The notes: generated by a model from the sequence alone, not told the origin. 64,000 nucleotides of DNA from Endomicrobiales bacterium (GCA_963794945.1 CAWCFT010000001.1:64001-128000), one strand, 5' to 3'. Shown: positions 51,668 to 63,430, numbered from the stretch's first letter. Numbers and translations are program-made.

Positions 51668-53488
51668 ATGTCAACGGGAACTGATACTCTTGCCGATATA
51701 AAACAACAGGGAATGGGAGCAATACCCGGCGTGAGGGGCGTAACTTTTCGCGTTTGGGCACCCAACGCCGAAAAGGTTTTTTTAACAGGAACCTTTAACA
51801 ATTGGAGCAAGGGTTCAACGCCTCTCGATAAAGAGGAAAACGGTTACTGGGCTATCGAAGTACCCGCTGCAAAAACCGGTGATGAATATAAGTACCTTAT
51901 CTATGGGCTCAAGGGCCCGGTCCACCGCATTGATCCTTACGCCAGAAAAGTTACTAACTCGGTCGGCAACGGAGTCATCTATGATACAAAAGCCTTCGAT
52001 TGGGACGGCGATAACTTTCGCATCGCTTCCGACAACGAGATTGTCATTTATGAAATGCACATCGGAACCTTTCACGTGAAGGAAAAGGGCAAACCCGGAA
52101 CGTTCAAGAACGCGATCGAAAAAATGCCCTACCTAAAGGAATTAGGTATAAACGCCGTGGAATTAATGCCCATCACTGAGTTCCCAGGCGACTTTTCGTG
52201 GGGATACAATCCCTCTCAACCCTTTGCCGTCAAGAGCATTTACGGTGGGCCTGACAGCCTTAAGGAATTTATCAGGGCAGCCCACAAGCACGGCATAGCA
52301 GTGATCATTGACGTCGTTTACAACCATTTTGGCCCCAGCGATCTTGACCTGTGGCAGTTTGACGGTTGGAGTGAGAATGAACAGGGCGGTATTTACTTTT
52401 ACAATGACCGCCGTTCTAAGACTCCCTGGGGGAATACACGACCCGACTACGGACGCAGCGAAGTACGCCAATACCTGCGTGATAACGCGCTGATGTGGCT
52501 GGACGAATACCGCGCGGACGGTTTGCGCTGGGACTCCATACCATATATACATACAGTCGATGGCAAAGACTCGGATCCGGACAATGAGATACCTGAAGGC
52601 TGGACACTGATGCAGTGGATCAATGAAGAGATACACAAGAAGTTCCCGGGAAAGATCAGCATCGCAGAAGGCATGCATAATAACGCGAAAATAATTAAAG
52701 ATACATCCTATGGAGGCGCCGGCTTCAGTGCACAATGGGACAGCGAATTTTTAAACCCGGTCCGTCACGCAGTAATAGAACGTGATGATGCGTCAAGGAA
52801 CCTGGCGGCGGTAACAAAAGCCGTCGAGTATCGCTACGACCTGGATTTCTACCGGCGGGTAATTTTTACTGAGTCACACGATGAGGTCGCTAACGGCAAG
52901 GCCCGGGTACCGGAGGAGATCTGGCCGGGCAATGTCAACAGTTGGTTTTCCAAGAAACGTTCCACGCTTGGAGGAGCCCTTGTACTTACTTCCCCCGGCA
53001 TACCAATGCTTTTTCAAGGGCAGGAGCTGCTGGAAGACCACTGGTTCCAGGATAAAGATCCTATCGATTGGTCACGTGCTAAGGATGAACACGGTATTCT
53101 TAATATGTACCGCGACCTGATAACCCTTCGGCGCGATTTATCGGGCACGACGCGTGGATTTTGCGGACAGAATATCCATATCTTCCATTTCGATGACGCC
53201 TCAAAGATCTTCGCTTTCCACCGGTGGGACAAACAGGGTTCGAAAGACAGCGTGGTCGTAGCAGTAAATATGACAACCCAAAGCCGTGACGGCTATTCTA
53301 TCGGATTTCCCAGGCAGGGCCTTTGGAGAACACGCTTTAACAGCGACTCTTATAACTACGGACCAGATTTCGCGAACCATCCTTCGCTCGATGTTGAAGC
53401 CCGGGAGCCTGGGTTCGACGGTCTCCCTTGCTCCGGAAAAATTAGTATCGGCCCCTACACTGTGGTGATATTTTCGCAAGACAATTAG
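51668..53488 (+). CDS. GH13 glycogen branching/alpha-amylase-like enzyme with CBM48
   Basis: FRVWAPNA, IYEMHIGTF, WGYNP, DVVYNH, DGLRWD, ESHDE. Confidence 0.9.
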   Translation: MSTGTDTLADIKQQGMGAIPGVRGVTFRVWAPNAEKVFLTGTFNNWSKGSTPLDKEENGYWAIEVPAAKTGDEYKYLIYGLKGPVHRIDPYARKVTNSVGNGVIYDTKAFDWDGDNFRIASDNEIVIYEMHIGTFHVKEKGKPGTFKNAIEKMPYLKELGINAVELMPITEFPGDFSWGYNPSQPFAVKSIYGGPDSLKEFIRAAHKHGIAVIIDVVYNHFGPSDLDLWQFDGWSENEQGGIYFYNDRRSKTPWGNTRPDYGRSEVRQYLRDNALMWLDEYRADGLRWDSIPYIHTVDGKDSDPDNEIPEGWTLMQWINEEIHKKFPGKISIAEGMHNNAKIIKDTSYGGAGFSAQWDSEFLNPVRHAVIERDDASRNLAAVTKAVEYRYDLDFYRRVIFTESHDEVANGKARVPEEIWPGNVNSWFSKKRSTLGGALVLTSPGIPMLFQGQELLEDHWFQDKDPIDWSRAKDEHGILNMYRDLITLRRDLSGTTRGFCGQNIHIFHFDDASKIFAFHRWDKQGSKDSVVVAVNMTTQSRDGYSIGFPRQGLWRTRFNSDSYNYGPDFANHPSLDVEAREPGFDGLPCSGKISIGPYTVVIFSQDN

Positions 53489-53541
53489 GTTTTTGACTTT
53501 AAGAAAACACATAATTTTAAAACAAAGGAGGTGATATTATC

Positions 53542-53859
53542 ATGAAGAGATTAATACTAATAATGTTGGCGTTCTCGTGTTTTTGTTTTGTAGCTGGCTG
53601 CGCAACTGTGGCTTCGCCATTAACCGGCTACATCTACACCGATGTTAAAGCGCCGGCCGCAGCTACCAGCAATTCAGGCTCCGAAAAAGTAGGCACAGCC
53701 ATGGCAACGTCAATTCTCGGGTTGTTCGCCACGGGTGACGCCAGCATACAGACAGCCGCCGTTAGCGCCGGGATAAAAAAGATCCATCATGTGGATTACC
53801 ATTCCACCAGCATCCTCGGCATCTACTCAACGTATACGGTAACCGTCTACGGGGATTAG
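53542..53859 (+). CDS. TRL-like lipoprotein
   Basis: Lipobox VAGC, SILGLFATGDASI..A, IHHVDY, TVTVYG. Confidence 0.85.
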   Translation: MKRLILIMLAFSCFCFVAGCATVASPLTGYIYTDVKAPAAATSNSGSEKVGTAMATSILGLFATGDASIQTAAVSAGIKKIHHVDYHSTSILGIYSTYTVTVYGD

Positions 53860-53871
53860 TCGTTCAACAAG

Positions 53872-53912
53872 GAAAAACCGTTAACACCTTTAAAGTGCTA
53901 GCGGTTTTTTTC
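53872..53912. terminator. Bidirectional terminator between convergent genes
   Basis: GAAAAACCGTTAACAC-loop-GTGCTAGCGGTTTTTT. Confidence 0.65.
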
Positions 53913-53938
53913 ATTATACCCAAATCCTCCACGTTCGA

Positions 53939-56040
53939 TCACATTGTTATTGTAAGAGGGTTAGTCCTTTTAAGGTCCGACAATTGTTTCTGAATCTCCT
54001 TCAAGTCGCCTGTTGGTTTCTGGCAAGAGCCCTTTTCACATATGTAGGCAGTAAAATTCGCATCTGCCAGCTTTTTGCCTTTCAGAAGTTCCAATACGGT
54101 CGGCTGGCCGTCCTCGCCAAGTGCTAACACCCTGCCAGGCAGGAATTTACGATAGAATGGTTCTACTAGTGGCGCCGGCATGGCCCTACCTATTGCGGTG
54201 ATCACAGCTATCTCAACACCGTAATAGTATGCGTCAAGGGCGATGAGCATCTGCGCCATGTTCTCTGGATCTATCTCCGCAAGATGAGAGCTGGTATCGA
54301 ATATCTCTTGTGTGTTTCTCAAAAAGTCATTGTTATAAGTAAGCGCGTAAAGCCTTAGGAGGTTGAGAGCGGTCATTGCGTTGGAGTTTGGGGTTGAGGT
54401 GTCGTAAAACTCCCTGCCGCGCACCAGCACATCTGTGAGGCCCGCGTCCGACAAGAAATAGCTGCCGGTCGCCTCGTCCCTGAAAAGTTCGTCCTTCTTT
54501 TCCTGCAGTTCAAGCGCCCACGTGAGCCAACTCTCGTCGAAGGTCGACTCGTAAAGCGTTATAAGCCCCTGTATAAGGAAAGCGTAATCGTCCAAAATCG
54601 CCTGCCCTGGTGCTGCTCCGGCGCGGTAATATCTTCTTAATTTTCCGTCTTTATACAGCCGTTCCTTGATGAATTTTGCAGAAGCTATCGCCGCGTCGAG
54701 GTATTTATGTTCGCCGAAGGCCTGGAAGGCCATTGCCATAGAGTGTATCATAAGGCCGTTGTACTCGGTTACTATCTTGTCATCTGTAAAAGGCCGCGGC
54801 TGTTGCCGCGTTCTTCCAGCAGTTTTTCCCTTGAGCGCTTTATGCCGGCTTCGTAACGCTTCGGCCAGAGCTTTACGTCTTTAAATGTGAGTACTGTTTG
54901 ATCGCCGAAATTCCCCTCTTCGCAGACTCCGTAAGCCGCGCAAAATTCGTCAGAGACTTCCTTGCCCAGCACAACCTCAATCTCCGGCTTTGTCCAGAGG
55001 AAATACGCACCTTCAACAGTCCCAGTGTTTGCGTCTTGAGCAGTGTAAAACCCCCCGCTGGAACTCGTCATCTCCTTCAGCACGTAATTGAGCGTTTCTC
55101 TTGCTATCAACCCGTACTCGGGCCTTTTTGTCAGCAGGAAAGCCTCGATATAGGCCTCGGAAAGGTTCGCGTTATCGTAAAGCATTTTCTCGAAATGCGG
55201 GACAATCCAACAATCATCAGTTGAATACCTGTGGAGTCTGCCTCCCAGCTGATCGTATATACCGCCTTCGGCCATCCTGTCGAGCGTAGTTTCGGCCATA
55301 GCGAGCGCGCCTTCTACCCCCCTAGCGTGCATACGCATAAGTAGCATTATCGCCCTTGAAGGAGGAAATTTCGGCGCCGCGTGGAAGCCTCCATTTAGCT
55401 TATCGAAGGTTAATGAAAGGTTATTGACAGCCGTCTTAAACACCGGGTTTTCCGTAGCAGGCAGATCGGGGTACGGGTGTGACCTTACCATCGGTATTTG
55501 CTCTGCTATATCTAGAGCCCGCACCGGGTCGATATTCTTTAGGTGTTCCAGCATCTGGTCGGCTGATTTAAGAAGGGCTGCTCGCTGGTTCGCCCAGAGC
55601 ATCTGAACACGCGCAAGCGCCTTTGTAAAATCATCTTTTGCAAAATAGGAAGCCGCATAGAACGGTTTAAGGTTCGGCGTAAGGAACACTGACATCGGCC
55701 AGCCGCCGGTACCGTTTATGGATATAACCGCGTTCATATAAAGCTGGTCGATATCGGGGCGTTCCTCGCGGTCAACTTTGACCGACACAAAATATTTGTT
55801 AAGCAGCTCCGCCGTTTCCGTGTTCTCGAAAGACTCTTTCTCCATTACATGGCACCAGTGGCAGGTGGAATAACCGACGGAAAGGAAAATAGGTTTGTCT
55901 TCTGAGACAGCCTTCCTGAACGCTTCGTCCCCCCATGGGTACCAGTCTACGGGATTATACGCGTGCTGCAGCAGATAAGGGCTTTTCTCATTGACCAGCC
56001 GATTTGCTTTGATTGTTTTGGGTGCTTGAGCCGTAATCAT
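53939..56040 (-). CDS. Thioredoxin domain-containing protein YyaL/SPATA20 (DUF255) (indel near 54800)
   Basis: [52 protein letters not shown]. Confidence 0.93.
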
Positions 56041-56260
56041 AATTGCGCCTCTTTATTTATTCTTTACTTCTCACCTCATTATATTATAAAAGGTATGAAT
56101 ATAGCCTGATTGTTTTCGCTTTTTTATTGACTTTATTTAGCTTCAATAGCCGGCCCCGCCGGGGCGGTGTTTGTAAAATATTTTAAAAATAATGCCCAAG
56201 ATCATCCCCCCGAAACGGGATCATCCTGGGCTTATTCGTGCGATGCATATAACTTTACTA

Positions 56261-56626
56261 TTAATATGTCGTATCTTTAATTGTTTTTTTCTTTTCATTC
56301 GACAGGATGCCGTTTACATCCATTTTATCGCCGTCTTTCATCTTTGACACCTTTCCGTTTGGCAGCCTGTAAGTGCCATTTTTCATCACCACCGTGCCGT
56401 TGGACAGGGTTAAGTTAACATCCATCATCTCCATCATCCCGCTCCTTACCACTATCATATTTCCGTCATTCATCATGACGTAATCGCCGGCATTGAGCGG
56501 TTGGTTGTTTGTTCCGGTAACGGTCATGGTTTCAGTTGAGGTGAAATAACTCGGCTCCGCATTTACCGCGAGAGTGAAACCTCCGACAATAAGCATTGCT
56601 GCCAAAACAATAAAATAATTTTTCAT
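56261..56626 (-). CDS. Secreted Met-rich DUF6799-like protein, copy 1
   Basis: Signal peptide; MMNDGNM...LTLSNGTVVMKNG...MKDGDKMDVNG. Confidence 0.75.
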   Translation of the reverse strand: MKNYFIVLAAMLIVGGFTLAVNAEPSYFTSTETMTVTGTNNQPLNAGDYVMMNDGNMIVVRSGMMEMMDVNLTLSNGTVVMKNGTYRLPNGKVSKMKDGDKMDVNGILSNEKKKTIKDTTY

Positions 56627-56905
56627 CGTAATACTCCTTGTTTCGTTTTTACAGGATTAGCGGCCGAACGCCGGCTCTGCCAGCCATTGAGCGCTATTCC
56701 CTTTTGATTGCATCCTTTAGAACCTTACCTCCATAATTCTCGCCTTTTGCCCTTATTATAATGATAATTTCCTTTGTGAGGACAGATCTCAGAGGCTCAC
56801 CTCTTAGGTTAACTTTATCCTATTACATAACGCGCCGGTATGTAAGTGGCTGATTCTCTTTTCAAATGACTTAATTCTTCTCTTACCGTGTTTTCAGAGA
56901 AGCAT

Positions 56906-59423
56906 TCACCGTTCTGCGCCAGAGGTGGATCTTCCTCTGGCACGACCTGTTCCTACAGAAATCGGAGGATTCCATGTCGCGGTATTGATCTTCATGTCAA
57001 CTATCAGCGGGAGATGGTCCGAGGCGATTTTATCAAGGTCCGTCCTTGATACTTCCACGCGAGTGACCTTGAATTCCTGGCTGACGAAGACGTGGTCTAT
57101 TCTAGCGACAGGATAACGGCTAAAGAAAGTCGCTTTGGGTCTATGGTCATCAAGCTCTACCTGAGCGTCGCGGAGGACTTTGCTGATAATGTGGTATAAC
57201 CTCGAAAAAGGAAAAGAATTCAGATCCCCGCACAAAATTACCGGCCCGCGGCAGTCCGGGCTGTTTAGCCATTCCGTGCCTAGTAAAACATCCATATGCC
57301 GTATCCTTTCCCGTGGAAAGATTCCGAGGTGCGTATTAAAGAAATTGATCTCCGTTCCCGCAATGTTTATTACCGCCCAGATAACCCCGCGGGGTTCTAT
57401 AACCGAGTTCTTAGTTTTGACGGGAAAACGCCCCGCGCGGACCAGCTCCATCGGAAAACGGCTGAGCAGCGCTATGCCGTATTGTTCCTGGCCTACTACA
57501 ACAAGGGGATGAAAATGATAAGCCATCTCAAGTTCTTTGGCTATCAGGTGGGTCTGATCAACCTGTCCGGTGCGTTTGCGGCCCATGTCCAGTTCCTGAA
57601 GCGCGACGATATCAGGTTCGTGGCGCCCGATGGCGCGCGCGACCCTTTCAGGCGATATCTTTCCGTCGGTTCCAACACAAGAGTGCACATTATACGTGAT
57701 TACCCTGATACCGCCCGGGGCGGTTATTCTCTTTTGGGCAACCGGCATTCCGGTATATTGTTCAGGTTCTTTCGAAGGCCTGCGTTTCAAGAACCGCAAA
57801 ACCGCGAAGCGCAGGTCCAGCGGAGTTAAAAATGTTTCTTCTCTCTTTCTCGGAACAACATCAACCGGAAGCAAGGCAAAACCCGTGGTCTCCTCGATCC
57901 CTGGCCCGCCGTGCGATCCGTGTTCTACTGGGAAGGTCATAGGCCTATGTCCCGGCCTGTATCCAATAAAACTCAGGTCGCCTGCGTTGTGATGATGGCA
58001 TAGGCTTATCAAGTCTTGAGTTAGCTGGTCCAGATTCGAGCGCCCCTCGCCTAATATATTTTTCGCATCGTGCGGCAATACAAACTCTCCTTCTTCAGTC
58101 CAGGCGCGCGCTTTTCCTCCTTCTTCTGCCAGCATAACAACGGGTATCTTAGCTTTATCTACTAATTCCCGCGCGAAGCGGTGCAGTATATCCTTGTTCA
58201 TCTTTCGAGGTAAATATATATCTCCCTTCGGTCCAAAAGCCGTAACGACAAGCTTCTTATCAGGACTATAGGCGCTATCATCGTCCGCGCGTGTTCGGAC
58301 GTTTTTATTATAGAATGAGAACCCCAGAAAACTGACGCGCCGCAGCCGTTCCGCGTTCTTATCAATGCGCTGCAGGCGGAATTCTTCATTCAACCCTTTC
58401 AGGACTTCGGCTACCGCGTCTTCAACGTTTTTTTTGTATTTAACTGCGTAGGAAACGGAATCTTCCTGCCCGTGATCCGAATAGATCCAGAGGTCATAAT
58501 TGCGGCGTGAAGAATGCATGGCGTCCCGGTATATCTTCGCAATAGCTCGGTCGATACCCTGCAGAGACCAGGATCGCCGCCCGCGAGGATGGGCCGCGGT
58601 TATGGGCCACCTCGTCGTAACCTATAAAATTCAAATGCACAACCGGAAGCCCGCGCGCGATATCGAGCTTTGCCCCCATTGCCGCGAGGTCCCTCAAAAG
58701 GATACAGATTAGGGCCCGTATATAAATAAACTGGAGTTCTTTTATAATATTCTCGTCGCTGAACAACCCGCGAATAAAATCGAATATACCCATCGCGAAT
58801 TCTAGCGCCATTAACACGAATACCCGAAGCATTGATGGGATATGGGTCAACGCCAGGATAAAAGATTTAAACGGGTTGACGTCTTTCCATAGTTGGCCCC
58901 ATCCCACGGAAGTCACACAAAAATGTGATTCCTGAGCGCCGCCCCTGAAAATATTTGAATACGAACTCCCACCTTCCAGGAGCCCCTCTCCTTTTAGCGC
59001 GAGCCTCTTTTCTACTTCCATTACCGCGTCGCTTTCGTACATCCGTAAAACCTTTCCGCTGTCCCTGTCTAGGTACCCAAACCCCGGCACTACTTGCTTG
59101 ACTCCGTAAAATAATTCACCCTGGACCGAGGGAGTGCTCGAGGGCATCCCCGGGTAAAGCGTATGAAGCCTGTAAAAATTATTCTCCTTGAGTTTTTTAA
59201 GAAAAGGCATTTTATTATCAGCGAGCGCCTTGTTTAGCTTCATCCGTGATAAACCGTCTATCTGCAGGAGCACTAGCCCGGGCTTTGTCTCAGCCCCTTT
59301 TATCCTTGGAAAAGGCAAAAGCCTGGCTGACCACTCGCTTAATGAGAATAGCCGCGGTATATTGAGAAAGAAATTAAATATTTTTTCACCTGATCTTAAT
59401 TTTGATGAGACAGTCTCAGTCAT
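56906..59423 (-). CDS. Alkaline-phosphatase-superfamily domain fused to endonuclease/exonuclease/phosphatase domain (indel near 58575)
   Basis: QIDGL, PSSTP, GYDEVAH, SDHGQ, GSHGG; then TYNVH, ALQE, NTHL, GDLN, IDHVF, SDHLP. Confidence 0.85.
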
Positions 59424-59509
59424 AGTGCCGCTGTTTAGTTCAATATATTGCCCAAGGCCATCCCGCAGGAGCGTAACATTCCCGGGCTTTCATGGGTGGA
59501 GTCTGCACG

Positions 59510-59875
59510 CTAATGTGCCGGGTTGTTAATTTTATGCACTTTGTCGCTCGACAGGTTGCCGTTCACATCTATCCTGTCGCCGTCTTTCATCTTATTAACC
59601 GACCCATTAGGCAGCCTGTAACTGCCGTTCTTCATCACCACCGTGCCGTTGGGCAGGGTTATATTAACGTCCATCAACTCCATCATCCCGCTCCTTATCA
59701 CCATCATATTTCCATCGGTCATCGTGACGTAGTCACCCATAGCGAGCGGCTGGCTGTTGACCCCGCTAACAGTACCGGTATTGCTCGCCGTTAAATATCC
59801 CGTTTCCGATTCCTCCGCCAGCGCGTAACCACCTATCATAAACATTGCTGCAACAACAATTAAATAATTCTTCAT
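59510..59875 (-). CDS. Secreted Met-rich DUF6799-like protein, copy 2
   Basis: Clear paralog of 56261-56626, including upstream leader. Confidence 0.75.
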   Translation of the reverse strand: MKNYLIVVAAMFMIGGYALAEESETGYLTASNTGTVSGVNSQPLAMGDYVTMTDGNMMVIRSGMMELMDVNITLPNGTVVMKNGSYRLPNGSVNKMKDGDRIDVNGNLSSDKVHKINNPAH

Positions 59876-60121
59876 CGCCATACTCCTTGTTTTGTTTTAA
59901 TGAACAAGCCGCCGAATGCCGTTCTTTCATGGCATGGAGCGCTTTTATCTTTAATTTCTTTTAACCTTGCCTCCATATTCTTTCCTATTAGGTCTAACTT
60001 AATTGTATTACTTAATGCGCTTGCATATGCTCGGCTGATTCTCAATCCCCATGACTTAATTCTTTCCGGCATTTTTGTTGCCGCCTAACACATGAAATAG
60101 CCGTATTTTGATAAAACATAA

Positions 60122-60145
60122 AGGCAGATAGATCTCTATCTGCCT
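60122..60145. terminator. Conserved palindrome copy 6
   Basis: AAACATAAAGGCAGATA-GATCTC-TATCTGCCTTTATGTTT. Confidence 0.75.
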
Positions 60146-60181
60146 TTATGTTTATTAGAAATTGCCGATTCGTAATTTTAC

Positions 60182-60556
60182 TTAATTGTTATCTTCCCAT
60201 AATTCAAGGACATTGCCGTCGGGGTCTTGTATCTCAGCCCAGAAACCCCATTCGCCCGCAGCGGTTTTAGGCGTTATCACCCTGCCCTTCTCAGCTTTGA
60301 CCTTTGAGAGGCTCTTATCTATCGATTTAACTGTTATGACCGGCATGGGCGTTTCCTTTTTATTTACCCGTTTGAACAATCCGCCGTTAACCGCGCCCTT
60401 CTCCACAGGCACCCAGTTCTTGTCCACTCTCACGGTAGTAATGTGTGAATGCCCCGCCTCGTGTGATGATATCTCCCACCTAAATACCTTTCTATAAAAC
60501 TTCCCAGCCCTTTCCACGTTGTCAGCCGGCATATCAAAACCTGTTACATTATCCAT
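60182..60556 (-). CDS. VOC/glyoxalase family protein
   Basis: FYRKVFRW, GAVNGGL, DPDGNVLELWE. Confidence 0.9.
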   Translation of the reverse strand: MDNVTGFDMPADNVERAGKFYRKVFRWEISSHEAGHSHITTVRVDKNWVPVEKGAVNGGLFKRVNKKETPMPVITVKSIDKSLSKVKAEKGRVITPKTAAGEWGFWAEIQDPDGNVLELWEDNN

Positions 60557-60731
60557 AGATTTTACCTCCAATAAATTCTGATTTGACTTACGTAATCAAG
60601 GAGCCGCACTCCCCCCTACAGGATATATATTTGCGCCGCCAGTTCCAATTACCTTTTTCCACTTTTCACTGACCTTTTTACAGGTTAGCGCTTGTCATCG
60701 AATGAGAAGTTTTGCAGTAAAAAATAAAAAA

Positions 60732-60754
60732 AGACAGATAAATTATATCTATCT
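60732..60754. terminator. Conserved palindrome copy 7
   Basis: AGACAGATA-AATTA-TATCTATCT. Confidence 0.65.
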
Positions 60755-60782
60755 TTTTCCCTTTTAGTCCTTTTTAGCAAAG

Positions 60783-61193
60783 TTAGGGAAGTTTGACGCC
60801 GTCATCACATTTACCATCATTCGCAAAATACTGAATGTAATTCTTTACCGCTTCGGCCATTTGCGCCATATCGGCAGGCTTTGGGATATAATCCAACACA
60901 TATTTCTTTAGGCCTTCTTCATTCGGCCCTGCCGATGTGGCCGCTGTGAGCAGGACAATAAGAACATTCTCAGTGAAGCCTTGTTTTACTATCTCCCTTA
61001 TTGTATCCCAACCGTTCAGAACAGGCATGTATAGATCCAATAATATTACCCCAATAAATCCATTCCTGATCTTTTCAATACATTCCTTACCGTCGCAAGC
61101 TACAATAACATCCATTCCCTCTTGCCCAAGGTAACGGGATACTGCATCCCGTATCCCGGGTTCGTCATCAACGATCATGATCTTTGCGGTCAT
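60783..61193 (-). CDS. Single-domain response regulator (REC)
   Basis: IMIVDDE, LLDLYMP..NGW, LTA, YIPKP. Confidence 0.92.
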   Translation of the reverse strand: MTAKIMIVDDEPGIRDAVSRYLGQEGMDVIVACDGKECIEKIRNGFIGVILLDLYMPVLNGWDTIREIVKQGFTENVLIVLLTAATSAGPNEEGLKKYVLDYIPKPADMAQMAEAVKNYIQYFANDGKCDDGVKLP

Positions 61194-61405
61194 TTTTCCA
61201 CCTATATTTTTTGTAGCCACGTTACATTAGCCGGAGAATTCGCCGACCCGGCCGCGAATACTAACGCCTTCAGTCATTTAAATATTTTTGTATTAATATA
61301 TTACATTATTCACAACTTCCCTGCAACAGCATGAAATCGCGTCAGACGGATTTTCGCACTGCTGCCCCGGTTTTTTCTCGAACGAAGATAGCTGCAAATA
61401 AATAA

Positions 61406-61428
61406 AGACAGATATGTTTTATCTGCCT
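61406..61428. terminator. Conserved palindrome copy 8
   Basis: AAATAAATAAAGACAGATA-TGTTT-TATCTGCCTTTATTTATTT. Confidence 0.75.
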
Positions 61429-61505
61429 TTATTTATTTAATGAAGTTAGAGAAAACGCCGTACTCCGTAAGCAAATTATTGCTTTAGCCACCCACAGCGT
61501 TCCTT

Positions 61506-62390
61506 TTACACCGCCGCCGGGACTTTTTGCCAGATGTGGGCATATTCGTCGGCGAACTTCTCGAAGTGTATGGGGTTTTTCCGCGTCAGAATTCGTACGT
61601 CATCGGATACCGTTGACCGCAGCCCTTCCCTCGCGTGAGGGCCAAGGCTCGCCATTGCTTTTATATCCCACTCGCTCATGCCGTATCCTTTCAGCGCCTT
61701 TTCGAAAGCAGCATCGTCCACCGCAACGTAAGTTATGGTTCTTCCTGCCGCCTTTGAGATCAGCCCTGCCGTTTCCTTCAAAGTAAGCGCCTTAAGCCCG
61801 GTCAGTGTGTATTCCTTAAAATGGTGCGCGCCCGGGGTAAGCAGCATCTCGGCGTCGGCTGCCGCTATGTCCCGGACGTCTACAAAGCTTATCCTAGCGT
61901 CGCCGGAGTTGAAGCTCATCGTGTTCTGACGAATTTATCTGCCCGGCGTAGTAGACCGCGAAGTTCTGCATGAAGTTGTTCGGCTGTGTGATCGCGTAAG
62001 GTATGCCGCTGCGGCGCACCAGGTCGTCAATATGGCCGTGCACTTTGAAAAGAAAATGGCTCGAATCCGCGTTGGAGCCCATCAGGGACGAGCGCAGGAT
62101 AAAGCCTATGTTATTGCGTTTGGCGGCCCGATAATGTTCTCGGCCCACCCGGTCATCGGCTCGGCAAGCGGCAAAAGCATGAACACGCTGTCGAAGCCTT
62201 TCATCGCTTTCTCAAGCATATAACGGTCGCCGAGGTCCACTGCGATGCCCGGCACGCCCGCTTTTTTTATCTTTCCCTGCTCGTCCTCCGGCGCCGCAGC
62301 AGTAACATCCGCGCCCTTCGCCTTTAAGTACTGGACAAGGAGCGTACCTATATTCCCGGTTGCCCCCAATATCAATATCTTGTTGCTCAT
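61506..62390 (-). CDS. NmrA/atypical SDR oxidoreductase (indels near 62128 and 61928)
   Basis: ILGATGNIG, PNNFMQNF, FVDVRDIA, YTLTG. Confidence 0.88.
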
Positions 62391-62586
62391 AAAACCCTCC
62401 TTCGCGGCGAAATATTTTTTTGCCTTCACCGCCCGCTATAACAATATACTAGATGCGGAAGGACCGTAAAATGATGTTTTTCCCAAAAACCCTGTGTTTT
62501 CTCCCATATATAACAACGCGGCTGCACTGTTTCCTGTATATGTTCTTTACGCTAAATGCTATGATATATACAGAGGAGCAAATCGT

Positions 62587-63430
62587 ATGCCGGTAGAGAT
62601 AGGGAAAATAAATACCTTAAGAGTAGTTAAAATAGTGGAGTTCGGTGCATACCTTGACGGCGGGGACCGGGGCGAGATATTACTGCCCAAAAATACTATG
62701 CCCGATAACTGCGCGGTTGGCAGCAGTATAGAGGTTTTTGTTTATTTCGATTCGGAGAGCCGTATTATCGCCACCACCAGGAGGCCGTACGCTATGGTTG
62801 GAGAAGCGGCCTATTTAAAGGTTGTTTCCACCTCTTCTTTTGGCGCCTTCGTTGACTGGGGACTGCCTCAAAAACACCTACTTGTGCCTTTTTCCGAACA
62901 TAAAAAGCGAATGGTAGTTAATCAATTCTACTGCCTGTACATATACAACGATAAACACTCCGGCCGTGTCGTGGCAACGGAGAAGTTCGATAAATTCATA
63001 GCCGCCCTTAATTCAGATTTCGTTGAGAAACAGGGCGTTGACCTCTTTATCGCCGAACAGACCGAGCTTGGGTATAAAGCAATTATCAACAACACCCACT
63101 GGGGCATGCTCTATAAAAATGAGGTGTTCCAGAAATTGGAAATAGGCCAAAAGATCAAGGGATTCATTAACAGGGTCCGGGAAGACAAAAAAATAGACCT
63201 CTCCCGTTACGAGCCCGGCTACAAAAGAGTCGAGAGCCTGCTTGACACAATACTTGCAAGCCTCAAACAACACAAGGGCTTTCTCCCCTTGAGCGACAAA
63301 ACCCCGCCCGCAGAACATCTACGCCTTCTTCGGCGTCAGCAAACAATCCTACAAGAACGCCATCGGCGGCCTCTACAAAAAGAAGCTCATACGCATCGAT
63401 CCCGACGGCATACGCCTGATCGAAAAATAA
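62587..63430 (+). CDS. cvfB: CvfB/YitL S1 RNA-binding protein (indel near 63310)
   Basis: FGAYLDGG..EILLP, FGAFVDWG, TELGYKAII; corrected C-terminus FGVSKQSYKNAIGGLYKK. Confidence 0.88.

Noticed and set aside
39066..61440. Integron attC array or CRISPR array
   Set aside because: The palindromes lack RYYYAAC...GTTRRRY ends and are kilobases apart with genes between them. No intI or cas genes are present.
39066..61440. DNA uptake sequence explanation for the palindrome arms
   Set aside because: Single half-sites are rare in coding DNA and the paired motif is confined to one region, unlike DUS/USS.
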